A stretch of 64,000 nt of DNA from a bacterium (GTDB lineage Bacteria; Electryoneota; RPQS01), in assembly GCA_020846695.1 (NCBI GenBank), contig JADLDM010000187.1, positions 1,010-65,009 of the forward strand. The letters are read 5' to 3'. A program made the translations under genes and the position numbers. The notes below the pieces were generated by a model, which worked only from the letters and a program-made list of their open reading frames with translations, ran no database searches and was not told where the DNA came from. Position 1 is the first letter of the stretch; every line of letters starts with the position of its first letter. This document shows, in pieces, positions 30,890 through 39,086 of this stretch.

Positions 30890-31894
30890 TTACGGGAAGG
30901 TCGCGTTCACAACACCGTTCACGTGAAGTGAAGGATCGAGGAAGCGAATTTCATTTGCGTCATTGTAGTTGGAATTCGGATCTACGTGCGGATGACAGAA
31001 GTGGCAGCGATTCTCCGTCGGATGAAATGGAGCAGTCGGCGGAACCTGATGACAGCCACGACATTGCGTGATCGTCTGACCAGTTGCCCACTCCACTGCG
31101 ACAAGCGGAGCACCCTGATGCAAATCCGAGTGACAATAGGTTGCGCAGGTTCCGTTGCCGAGTTCACTCGGATCTGGAGTGTAGCTGTTCGGGAATCCAT
31201 TCGCATTGGAGATGTGCGCGTCATTGAAGGCAACGTCTGCGGGCAATGCATCAATGTGACTCAAGTCATCTACGTTGCTGTGGCACTCCGTGCAAGCATA
31301 GCGCGAGTGAGCGCCGTGTGCGCCGGGAGGAATAGAACCTATCGGCTCAATCGGCGGCATGCCGTGACATGTGATACAGGCGGCAGGGCCGCCGGGTTCG
31401 GTGTGGCAAGTCAAGCACGAAGAACCGCTGCGACCACCAGCGAAATCTACACCGTGACAGGATTGACAGCTTGCGAGATTCTGCCATTCGAAGTTCAAGA
31501 TATGAACAGGGTGGTTTGCGGTGTAGTTGCTTACATGCGGATAGGAATGACAGTTTGAACAAGCAACGTCGCTGACATATTCCTGCGGATCGGGCGGAAG
31601 CACATCCGGAAAGACGCCGCCCAGAGACGTGGATACGTTGTGACATTCCGCGCAACTCTGACCTTTGCTTCCCAACGCCGCAGTGCCGTGCCATTCTTGG
31701 CTATAGGGATCCATCCAATTGGAAGGATGCACTTGATAGCTGTCGGTAACACGATCTTCACTGCAAGACATGAAGGAGAAAAGCGCGAGCACAAATACTG
31801 TGAACAAGATGAAAATGCGCTTGGGAGTTTGACCCCCCCTTGCCCCCCCGGAAGACCGGTGGGGAATATGAAGTATGGATTTATTTCGCATCAT
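30890..31894 (-). CDS. Lipoprotein multiheme cytochrome c (8 CxxCH + 1 CxxxCH), Geobacter CxxxxCH/CxxCH-repeat style
   Basis: Lipobox FMSC; CATYCH followed by W...CRGCH.xPP; C-terminal HVNGVVN. Start moved to the ATG overlapping the upstream stop. Confidence 0.8.
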   Translation of the reverse strand: MMRNKSILHIPHRSSGGARGGQTPKRIFILFTVFVLALFSFMSCSEDRVTDSYQVHPSNWMDPYSQEWHGTAALGSKGQSCAECHNVSTSLGGVFPDVLPPDPQEYVSDVACSNCHSYPHVSNYTANHPVHILNFEWQNLASCQSCHGVDFAGGRSGSSCLTCHTEPGGPAACITCHGMPPIEPIGSIPPGAHGAHSRYACTECHSNVDDLSHIDALPADVAFNDAHISNANGFPNSYTPDPSELGNGTCATYCHSDLHQGAPLVAVEWATGQTITQCRGCHQVPPTAPFHPTENRCHFCHPHVDPNSNYNDANEIRFLDPSLHVNGVVNATFP

Positions 31895-32885
31895 GGCACC
31901 TCGCGCAAACCGGTTCCTGATTCGGCACGTCGTGACAGGACATGCAGCTTTCCAAATCAAATTCGGCACTCATGCCGTGCGTTCCGCCGTCGGAAGTTAC
32001 AAAACCCGCGCGGAAGTGATCGGCGGGAAGAATTCCCATGTCGCGATGGCACTCGGTGCAGAAACTTCTCTGTTCGTGACACACTCCGCAACGCATGTCG
32101 GAGAGATGCGCGTCATGTCCATGCGTCGAGAGATATTCGTGCGGGTGCGGACTGATGACCGCATCGCCGTTGTGACAGCTTGCGCAATCGCGCTCTGAAC
32201 CCGATTGATGGCACATCGCGCAATTTGCCGATGTGATATTGGAGGCGATGCCATGCTGCTGAATCCACATCACATTGTGATCGGCGGGTTTCAGTTTGTC
32301 TTCGGGCATGTGACAGACATTGCACTCGCTCGTGACCACGCGTTCGGTGTGACAGTTCACACACGTGGCCATGTCCGGCAGCGGAGCCTTGGTCAAAGCG
32401 CTGCGTGCATCATCTAAACCTACGTGACAGATCGCGCAATCCAATCCAACCTTTTTCACGTGGCGTTCGTGATTAAACTTGGGAAGATACTCCGGAGCGC
32501 GAATCGTTGCGAATCCTTCCGTCTCGCCTTTCAAGCGAATGCCCTTGCCGGACAAGTCATTCTGCTCGTGACAGGCTGCGCAAACCGACCATTCGGGAAG
32601 CAGATTGTCATTGCCTGAAATGCTTGCATCAACGACGTGACACTCGGCGCATTTCATTCCGACTTCTTCGGTGTGGTAGCCGTGACTGAATGCGGGTTTG
32701 CTTGCACTCGAACGAGTCAGCGGGTATTTGTCATCGGCGAGTGATGGACGCGCAATGAGAAGGAGCGTTAGAGCAAGAATACAGAGGGTCGGCTGCAAGC
32801 AGCCAACACCGGAAGAAGGGGGGCAGCCGACACCGGAAGTTATGGAGCCGACACTGCAAGGGGGGGCGAACAATATCGTTTTCAT
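31881..32885 (-). CDS. Periplasmic 11-heme cytochrome c (c7/c3-like N-terminal half)
   Basis: 11 CxxCH; FSH..H and FNH..H motifs; signal peptide extended by short repeats. Confidence 0.85.
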   Translation of the reverse strand: MKTILFAPPCSVGSITSGVGCPPSSGVGCLQPTLCILALTLLLIARPSLADDKYPLTRSSASKPAFSHGYHTEEVGMKCAECHVVDASISGNDNLLPEWSVCAACHEQNDLSGKGIRLKGETEGFATIRAPEYLPKFNHERHVKKVGLDCAICHVGLDDARSALTKAPLPDMATCVNCHTERVVTSECNVCHMPEDKLKPADHNVMWIQQHGIASNITSANCAMCHQSGSERDCASCHNGDAVISPHPHEYLSTHGHDAHLSDMRCGVCHEQRSFCTECHRDMGILPADHFRAGFVTSDGGTHGMSAEFDLESCMSCHDVPNQEPVCARCHDAK

Positions 32886-34120
32886 TGCTGCCCTCCTTTC
32901 ACGCTCGAAAATCTTCGCGAAAGAGAAAACAGCGCGCGAATGTCCTCGTCGCTGCCTCTATCCTTGATGTGTTCAATGCGCGCCCCAAGCGCACCCATCG
33001 GACACGGCGAGAACGTCAAACCCGCGAAGATCATCTGCGATTCGGAATTGGGGCGCACTTCAGAATTTGAGCCTCTTGAATAGTCGAAGCCTACGCGACC
33101 TGTGAACTTGCCTTTTTCTTTGTGCAGTTCGCCGTAGAATCCGTCCATGTCGCCTTTGTCGGCGGCAAGCCAGTGCACATAGCCCATTTCAACACAAGAG
33201 CGTCCGATTCCCGCGCGAGTCTTGTAGAGCATGTCTTCTTCCGTGAAGAGCAGATAGCCCATGCCCGTCGCGTAGAACTCATTCCAGAAGGTCCACTGCG
33301 CGCCGCCTCGTGCGGAATTTGTTTTTGAGTCCTCGAGGAAATTGGCGAAGAAGGAATCCTCGAAAATTCTCGGCGTCTGCGTGCGCACGTCGGCGGAAAC
33401 CAGCAGATCGGGCCGCGTTTGCCAATAGACCGAAAGTTGTCCCGTCTCAATTGCGCCCTGCTCAAGATTCATGTGCAGGCGCGCGCGAATTGTGACGTCG
33501 CGATTGCGATCGCAGAAAAAGTCAAGACCCGCCCCATTGTAGAGCAGGTCTCCGTCTTTTCCGACATAATAATAGGAGAGCATCAGATTGCGCCCGTAGA
33601 GATTCGTGCGCAAATTGACACCCGCTGCGATTCCCTGATCGGGAACCGATTCATCGAGACTGATCGAGTTGGACAGGCGGGAGCCGCCATAAGCAGCGAA
33701 ACTTGTCTTAGGGCTGAACTGATAGCGGCCCCAGACGCCTGCCACATTTCCACGACCAACTCCCTCCGACAGCCACTGCTGACCAAGCCTGAGAGAGAGT
33801 TTCGATTTCCGGGGTGTGTAGAGGATCAGGCAGCGCTGTATGCGCAGGCTCGTATTCTCACGAGTTCCATTCTGAAAATCCGTAAAACCCCGGAAGGTGC
33901 TTTCAAATCTCCATGCGTCGCCGGCAAATTGGCCGACATTCAAATTGAGCAGCGGCACCACCTGGACGTGATCCACAGAATCATCGCGCAAATAAGACCA
34001 CAACCCAAAACGCCCGGAAACGGAGACAGCTTGCGCTGTCTCCGTTCCGGCTAAAACCAGTCCCATACATGCCGACACGAGGCCGACAAGTAGCATTCTC
34101 CTGCCCAAGATAATCGGCAT
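32882..34120 (-). CDS. Putative outer-membrane beta-barrel (porin of a porin-cytochrome complex)
   Basis: Signal peptide, no heme motifs, alternating aromatic/Gly-rich amphipathic strands; lies between multiheme cytochrome genes. Confidence 0.68.
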   Translation of the reverse strand: MPIILGRRMLLVGLVSACMGLVLAGTETAQAVSVSGRFGLWSYLRDDSVDHVQVVPLLNLNVGQFAGDAWRFESTFRGFTDFQNGTRENTSLRIQRCLILYTPRKSKLSLRLGQQWLSEGVGRGNVAGVWGRYQFSPKTSFAAYGGSRLSNSISLDESVPDQGIAAGVNLRTNLYGRNLMLSYYYVGKDGDLLYNGAGLDFFCDRNRDVTIRARLHMNLEQGAIETGQLSVYWQTRPDLLVSADVRTQTPRIFEDSFFANFLEDSKTNSARGGAQWTFWNEFYATGMGYLLFTEEDMLYKTRAGIGRSCVEMGYVHWLAADKGDMDGFYGELHKEKGKFTGRVGFDYSRGSNSEVRPNSESQMIFAGLTFSPCPMGALGARIEHIKDRGSDEDIRALFSLSRRFSSVKGGQQ

Positions 34121-34148
34121 GAGGGAAACTGCTCCTTTCTGCTGAAAC

Positions 34149-35852
34149 TTACCGGACGGTCATCCTCTTCTGTTCGTTCAGGAGCGGCTGACCCGGCGTC
34201 AAATAATCAATCGCATTCGTCAACAACGAATAAGCGTATTCGTAGTTGTGGACGCCCATCGAGCCTTCATTGGTGATGAAGTACCAGGCATAGGCGGCTT
34301 CGCGCTGTTCACGCGTTGTGCTCGTGGTGTCGAAATTCGGCTCTTCGCCATTGTTCGGCAGCATGGCGAACAGTTGATCCATCAAGCCCTGAATTTCCGT
34401 GCGGCGACCGTGATAGTCGAATCCTTCAGGAGTCGCGTGGCACTGATTGCAAGCCTCGACGCGCGGCTCAAAGGCGTGACCATGATAGTCGTGGCCGGGA
34501 GTGTCGCCCGGAATCGTGTGCACGTGACAGGTCACGCACATATCCGCAAGATTGCCCTCACCAATCACTACATCCGGCTGGTGAGCCGATTCACGATTGT
34601 AAGTATAGCCTGCAATTTCGTAGGAACCGCGACCCAGCATCATGTCTGCCTGGCAGCTTGCGTGTGGTCCGGCGTGCGCGCTACCGTTGTTGATCTGGCC
34701 AACGATGTTTGAGTAGGTGCGGCGAGCATGGTGACACTGTGCGCAGAGCTGTCCCTTGCCGAAGCTCAGAACGCCCAATTCTTCATCGGGAACCCACAGC
34801 GTATCGGCGATGTCCGGTCCAGGATAGACGATGGGGAATGCGCCCAGACCACGCAGGTAGCCCGGATTGTCCTCGCTGAACTCATGCACGTCGTGGCAGG
34901 TTGCACAGGAAACTTGCCAGCCTTCCGCCGGCACTGCTACGTCCGCCCATTCCGGGTCCCATTTCTTAATGAAGGCTTCGGAGATGTGACAGAAGTTGCA
35001 AGACGAGCGATTCCACTCCGTATTGAACTCCTCGATTCCGCCGGCGCGCTCGATCGCGGTGCCGTGCGCGGATTCTTCGTACTCTTCAAATTGCGAGTGG
35101 CAGCGATTACAGGTCTCACCCGTGATAACCAGTTCGACATCCGGCTCATGCGACGAGAAATCCGGGCCCATCGGGCCGTGACAGGCTTCGCAAGTCACAT
35201 TGCGAAGCATGGCATTAGGATAGTCATCATATCCGCCATTGTCAACCCCCGGTGTGGTCACCGAGCCGTCGTAGGCGACGATATCGTCCCAACCGGTGGT
35301 GTGGCACTGCAAGCAGTAGGGATTGTTTTCCGCGCTTGAAGCGACTAATGCATCATAAGCGCCTGCATGGTGGGTGCCGCGCCAGCTTTCCACCTTGGCC
35401 TGATGGCAGTGCGCGCAACGATTCTCACTGTCGCCCAAGTAGCTCGGATAGACCGACGGAACATAGGTGTTCACGCCGACGCGAACCGTGCCAGTCGCCG
35501 ATCCGTCTTCGTCGGTGACGGTGACGGTGATTTCATAGAGACCGATGCCCGAGGGCGGCGTGTAGGTGGTTACTGCCGCGTTGGTGCTGGACAGTGTGCC
35601 CGAAGCTGCCGACCAGTGATAGGTCATGGCGTCGCCATTGGGGTCATAGGCGCTGACAAAGAGCACCGTGCTTTCGCCTGTGCCGACCGAATCAGGAGCC
35701 GCAACAACCGCCGTGATAATCGGCGCCATGTCCGGATTCAAGCCCGACGGTCCCGCAGGCCCTTGGTCGCCTTCGCAACCCCAGAATGCAACGCTGACCG
35801 TAAGCAAGCCTACAATCAGAAATGCAACCGGATGAAGTCTTCTACGTGTCAT
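34149..35852 (-). CDS. Lipoprotein 9-heme cytochrome c with Ig/PKD-like N-terminal domain and c552-like helical C-terminus
   Basis: Lipobox FWGC then EGDQGPAGPSG; 9 CxxCH; C-terminal EGSMGVHN..YA..LL. Confidence 0.83.
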   Translation of the reverse strand: MTRRRLHPVAFLIVGLLTVSVAFWGCEGDQGPAGPSGLNPDMAPIITAVVAAPDSVGTGESTVLFVSAYDPNGDAMTYHWSAASGTLSSTNAAVTTYTPPSGIGLYEITVTVTDEDGSATGTVRVGVNTYVPSVYPSYLGDSENRCAHCHQAKVESWRGTHHAGAYDALVASSAENNPYCLQCHTTGWDDIVAYDGSVTTPGVDNGGYDDYPNAMLRNVTCEACHGPMGPDFSSHEPDVELVITGETCNRCHSQFEEYEESAHGTAIERAGGIEEFNTEWNRSSCNFCHISEAFIKKWDPEWADVAVPAEGWQVSCATCHDVHEFSEDNPGYLRGLGAFPIVYPGPDIADTLWVPDEELGVLSFGKGQLCAQCHHARRTYSNIVGQINNGSAHAGPHASCQADMMLGRGSYEIAGYTYNRESAHQPDVVIGEGNLADMCVTCHVHTIPGDTPGHDYHGHAFEPRVEACNQCHATPEGFDYHGRRTEIQGLMDQLFAMLPNNGEEPNFDTTSTTREQREAAYAWYFITNEGSMGVHNYEYAYSLLTNAIDYLTPGQPLLNEQKRMTVR

Positions 35853-35993
35853 GATTCTTCCCTTTCTTTTCTCTCCCAAGAAACAATTCTACCGCATGTT
35901 ATGTGAATGAAATACCCTCGATTCAATGAATCGAGGGTAAAAATGTGGCTCAGGTGGGCAGACTCGTCACCTGCAACATCACTTGGCAATGAT

Positions 35994-36155
35994 GCACGGC
36001 ATATTTGAGTTCGTTTGTTTGTCCTGTCCAGCGGGCTTTCATGTTCCGCGACCAATTCTTATTTTATTGAAAGCACTCTGCAACAAACTTATTCAATTTT
36101 CACGCCAACTTCAAGTGAAAATTGTCACTAAGTAACAAACTCACATATGCCGCGC
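35994..36155. repeat. 22-bp imperfect inverted repeat (19/22) enclosing 118 bp
   Basis: 35994-36015 GCACGGCATATTTGAGTTCGTT versus reverse complement of 36134-36155 GCGCGGCATATGTGAGTTTGTT. Confidence 0.8.
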
Positions 36156-36366
36156 GCCCATCCATAACACGTAAAAACTGCGATGTAGAGTCTTTTTGTC
36201 AACTTCAAATTGTCATATTCGAGAGGCGAAGCGCGATGAGAAGATGCTCATTAAAGTCTCTCTCGCGATGATTTTGCAAGATTATCCGCAATAGAAATGC
36301 AAATCGCGCCACTCTCCTCTATGGGGAGGGACAATCTTGCCCAATAACCGACTAATTTGTCGCCCG

Positions 36367-36645
36367 CTACTTGCCTGAATCGCGGTGCGAGCGAACAAAC
36401 CGCTGAATCTCGTCCGGCTCAAACAGAATCACTTTGCGGGAAAGTCGGACACAGCGCAGCTTGTCCTCCTTCACCCAACGCATAATCGTCGTACGATGGA
36501 CATGGCCGAGCATCTGCGCGGCTTCGGTCAATGTCAGGAGCTTGGAAGGATCGTGCTCGACTGCGGCACTCATCGGGCGCGGGCGAACCTTCGTCATTGC
36601 AGGATCAGGTCGTGTGCCGACCACGGCCTTTTTTAGGCTATTCAT
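36367..36645 (-). CDS. Small helix-turn-helix DNA-binding protein (excisionase-like/HTH_17)
   Basis: LLTLTEAAQMLGHVHRTTIMRWVKEDKL..VRL...ILF...I.RF pattern. Confidence 0.8.
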   Translation of the reverse strand: MNSLKKAVVGTRPDPAMTKVRPRPMSAAVEHDPSKLLTLTEAAQMLGHVHRTTIMRWVKEDKLRCVRLSRKVILFEPDEIQRFVRSHRDSGK

Positions 36646-36685
36646 GTGCTTGCCTTTCGTTTGCGCAAACAAAAGATGAAGACGG

Positions 36686-38626
36686 CTATTGAGCCGTACT
36701 TATCGTCTCAAACCACTTATGGAACAGCTCGGGATTGTGAACCGTCTTGCTGCCGTCCTTGCGCAGCATCTCGGCCAATTCCGAGTATTGTCGCTGAATT
36801 TCAGAACCGGGACGATATTGTCCAACCGCGAGATCTGCACGCTTCATCAGATCACTTCCCGAATCCACCCAAACCTTGAGCGAATCGGAGTATTCCGCAT
36901 CGTGACAAGTGACACAGCTTGCGGACACATCGCGCAGAACCTTGCTCTTGCCCGCTTCATGGCAATCCGTGCAGGAGACATCTTCTTGCCACATCGCAGA
37001 GGGAATTTTCGAGGCGAAGCTCTTCACCTCGCCCTTGTACACCGCGAGTTGTGCCGCGTGACAGCGCGAACAATCCTCCTTGCCGGTTGCCACGCTCTGA
37101 TGGTGACAGCTATTGCACTGCTCGCGCGACATCACCAGCTTGCCATGCGGTTCTCCTCCGACCTCATGACAGGTCTCGCATTTGCTCTGTGAAGTGTGCT
37201 TGCGGTGATCGAACATCCTTCCGTCGAAGGCCACCAACGCGTCGCCCGCCGAGGGATGACATCCCATGCAGGTCGTCGAACTGGAGCGCGCGCTGATCGG
37301 TTCAATCTGCATCGCGAGCTTCTCGATCATCTCCGGATTGTGAATCGGATTGCCCGCTTCATAAATCCGCAGCGCCGCCACAAGCGAATCGCGCGAAGCG
37401 GGTTCGAGCTTTTCGGCGCCGACCATTAATTCACGCACGCGCCTCTTCAACGGCTCTTCCCAGCGCTTCCAAAGATCGCCGTATCCGGTGTCGTGACAGG
37501 GAATGCAAGTCGGTTCGGGGCGCATCTCCTTTGCCGCGTGAACATCGCCGACATGACAGGAGGAGCAGGTCATTCCCGCGCGCGACATCGAGGAGGGCGC
37601 GAGTTCCATGCCCGGGAGATTTCCCTCCCATACGCGCTCGATGGCATTTTCCGGCCCGCCGTGACATGTTCCGCACTCGCGATCAACATTCGCCTGCGCG
37701 ACGGCCTCTTTTCCGTGACGAATTACCACGTGACATTGCGTGCACTCAACCGTGTGCTCCGTTACGTGCATCTGGTGGACGAACTCGCGATCCTCATACT
37801 TCTCGATGTGATCCACCTTCGCGTGACAGGAATTGCAGCGTTCCTTCGGAACAAATCCGTCGCCCGCGACTTCCGCCGCGTGGCAGCTTGAGCAATTCGC
37901 ATTGCGCGCCAGCATCTCCGTGTGATCAAAGCTCGTATCCGCGGCGGCAACTCCCTTCGGAGGATTGTGACATTTCGTACAAGTCGCAAGTTCCGACCAT
38001 TTGCCTGATGCATCCGGCTTGAAATGGCAGAGAAAACAGGTTGTCTCATTCACGCTGATATGCTCGCCCTGAACAATCTGCGCGTGACACGACGTGCATC
38101 TCAATTGCCGGTCGCGACGCACCTGCTCCAAGTGAGGCTTGTGATCAAAGAGCACACCCTTGAAATCCTCGGCGCTCTGCAAAAGTCTTGTGTCGTGACA
38201 GCCTGAACGCAAACAGGATGCGTCTTCGATTTCCGCCCACGGCTTCGAGCGCTTGTAAACTCCCGTGAAGTAGTTCGCCACCATCGAGAGCGCCATGAAT
38301 TTCGAATGCACCGTGCCCTCGAACCCCGGAGGAATGTGACATTCGGTGCACGTCACTTGACTGTGTGTCGAAGTTTCCCACGCGGCGAAATACGGCTCCA
38401 TCACGTGACACGATTTGCAGAACGTCGGCTGCGACGTCACCTTCACAAACGCCGTCATCGCAATCACCGTCACGACGACCGTAGCCATCAACACCAAGCC
38501 AATCCGCTTCGGACCGAAAGCGAGCAGTCTTGCCCACCCTACCTTGATCATCCAAAACGGGAGCTTGATCGTCTCCCAGCAGGCGACGAAAAACTCTTTG
38601 AACAAGCTGTTCTTCGGCTCCGTCAT
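36686..38626 (-). CDS. NapC/NirT-domain (ImcH-like) membrane-anchored multiheme cytochrome, 17 CxxCH + 1 CxxxxCH
   Basis: N-terminal TM helix then TSQPTFCKSCHVM..W..STH..V.CTECH; CLRSGCH; start moved to MTEPKN. Confidence 0.83.
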   Translation of the reverse strand: MTEPKNSLFKEFFVACWETIKLPFWMIKVGWARLLAFGPKRIGLVLMATVVVTVIAMTAFVKVTSQPTFCKSCHVMEPYFAAWETSTHSQVTCTECHIPPGFEGTVHSKFMALSMVANYFTGVYKRSKPWAEIEDASCLRSGCHDTRLLQSAEDFKGVLFDHKPHLEQVRRDRQLRCTSCHAQIVQGEHISVNETTCFLCHFKPDASGKWSELATCTKCHNPPKGVAAADTSFDHTEMLARNANCSSCHAAEVAGDGFVPKERCNSCHAKVDHIEKYEDREFVHQMHVTEHTVECTQCHVVIRHGKEAVAQANVDRECGTCHGGPENAIERVWEGNLPGMELAPSSMSRAGMTCSSCHVGDVHAAKEMRPEPTCIPCHDTGYGDLWKRWEEPLKRRVRELMVGAEKLEPASRDSLVAALRIYEAGNPIHNPEMIEKLAMQIEPISARSSSTTCMGCHPSAGDALVAFDGRMFDHRKHTSQSKCETCHEVGGEPHGKLVMSREQCNSCHHQSVATGKEDCSRCHAAQLAVYKGEVKSFASKIPSAMWQEDVSCTDCHEAGKSKVLRDVSASCVTCHDAEYSDSLKVWVDSGSDLMKRADLAVGQYRPGSEIQRQYSELAEMLRKDGSKTVHNPELFHKWFETISTAQ

Positions 38627-38761
38627 GGCGCGCTTCGCTTCGCTGCGGCGGTGTGACGAGCCGTCTGAACACGCGAGGCAGACCGGCTCTGCTGCAAAGC
38701 CGGTCGAAGAAGTGGAGAGGCGAAATGTGTCAAGGCGCTGCTTCTTGAGGGAGGTCAGCTT

Positions 38762-38810
38762 TCGTGAAAATTTACACAAGTAATATCGTTAAGCAGTCGT
38801 GCATAGTCAA
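38762..38810 (-). promoter_or_regulatory. Sigma70-like promoter with an adjacent Rex-type operator
   Basis: Minus strand TTGACT-17 nt-GATATT followed directly by TTGTGTA-AATT-TTCACGA. Confidence 0.6.
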
Positions 38811-39086
38811 GCAGAAAGGACGGGTTTTTGTCACAAACCCTTTATTTCCCATGCTTACCCTGCCATCGCAATTCCAAAATTTCCCTATAATCCGACTCGT
38901 ATTCTCCACTTAAAAGAGAGGAGCTCCCCATTTCTCCCTAAACTACATACTCTTACGTCCGCTTTCTCTGTTGTGCCTCGCGATCTTTCATATATGTGAC
39001 CCAGTCACAGAAGTCCAAACTTGCGCCCCGTTTGGAATCGCCGTATTTTACAGTCTGGTGACTTCGAGAACCTCTTACACGGAACT

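Noticed and set aside
30567..30926. Short ORFs between the two cytochrome-operon terminators
   Set aside because: No clear RBS or recognisable motif; several frames overlap with none favoured.
34149..35852. NrfA nitrite reductase call for the 9-heme lipoprotein
   Set aside because: The C-terminus is c552-like, but there is no CxxCK active-site motif and the context is a porin operon.
35880..36360. c-di-GMP (GEMM) riboswitch ahead of the cytochrome operon
   Set aside because: I could not find the GGCAAAC..GAAA..GACGCAAA-type core on the transcribed strand; a covariance search is needed to exclude it fully.
36367..36645. Prophage or ICE remnant based on the excisionase-like HTH
   Set aside because: No integrase, att-like direct repeats or phage genes; such HTH proteins are often stand-alone regulators.
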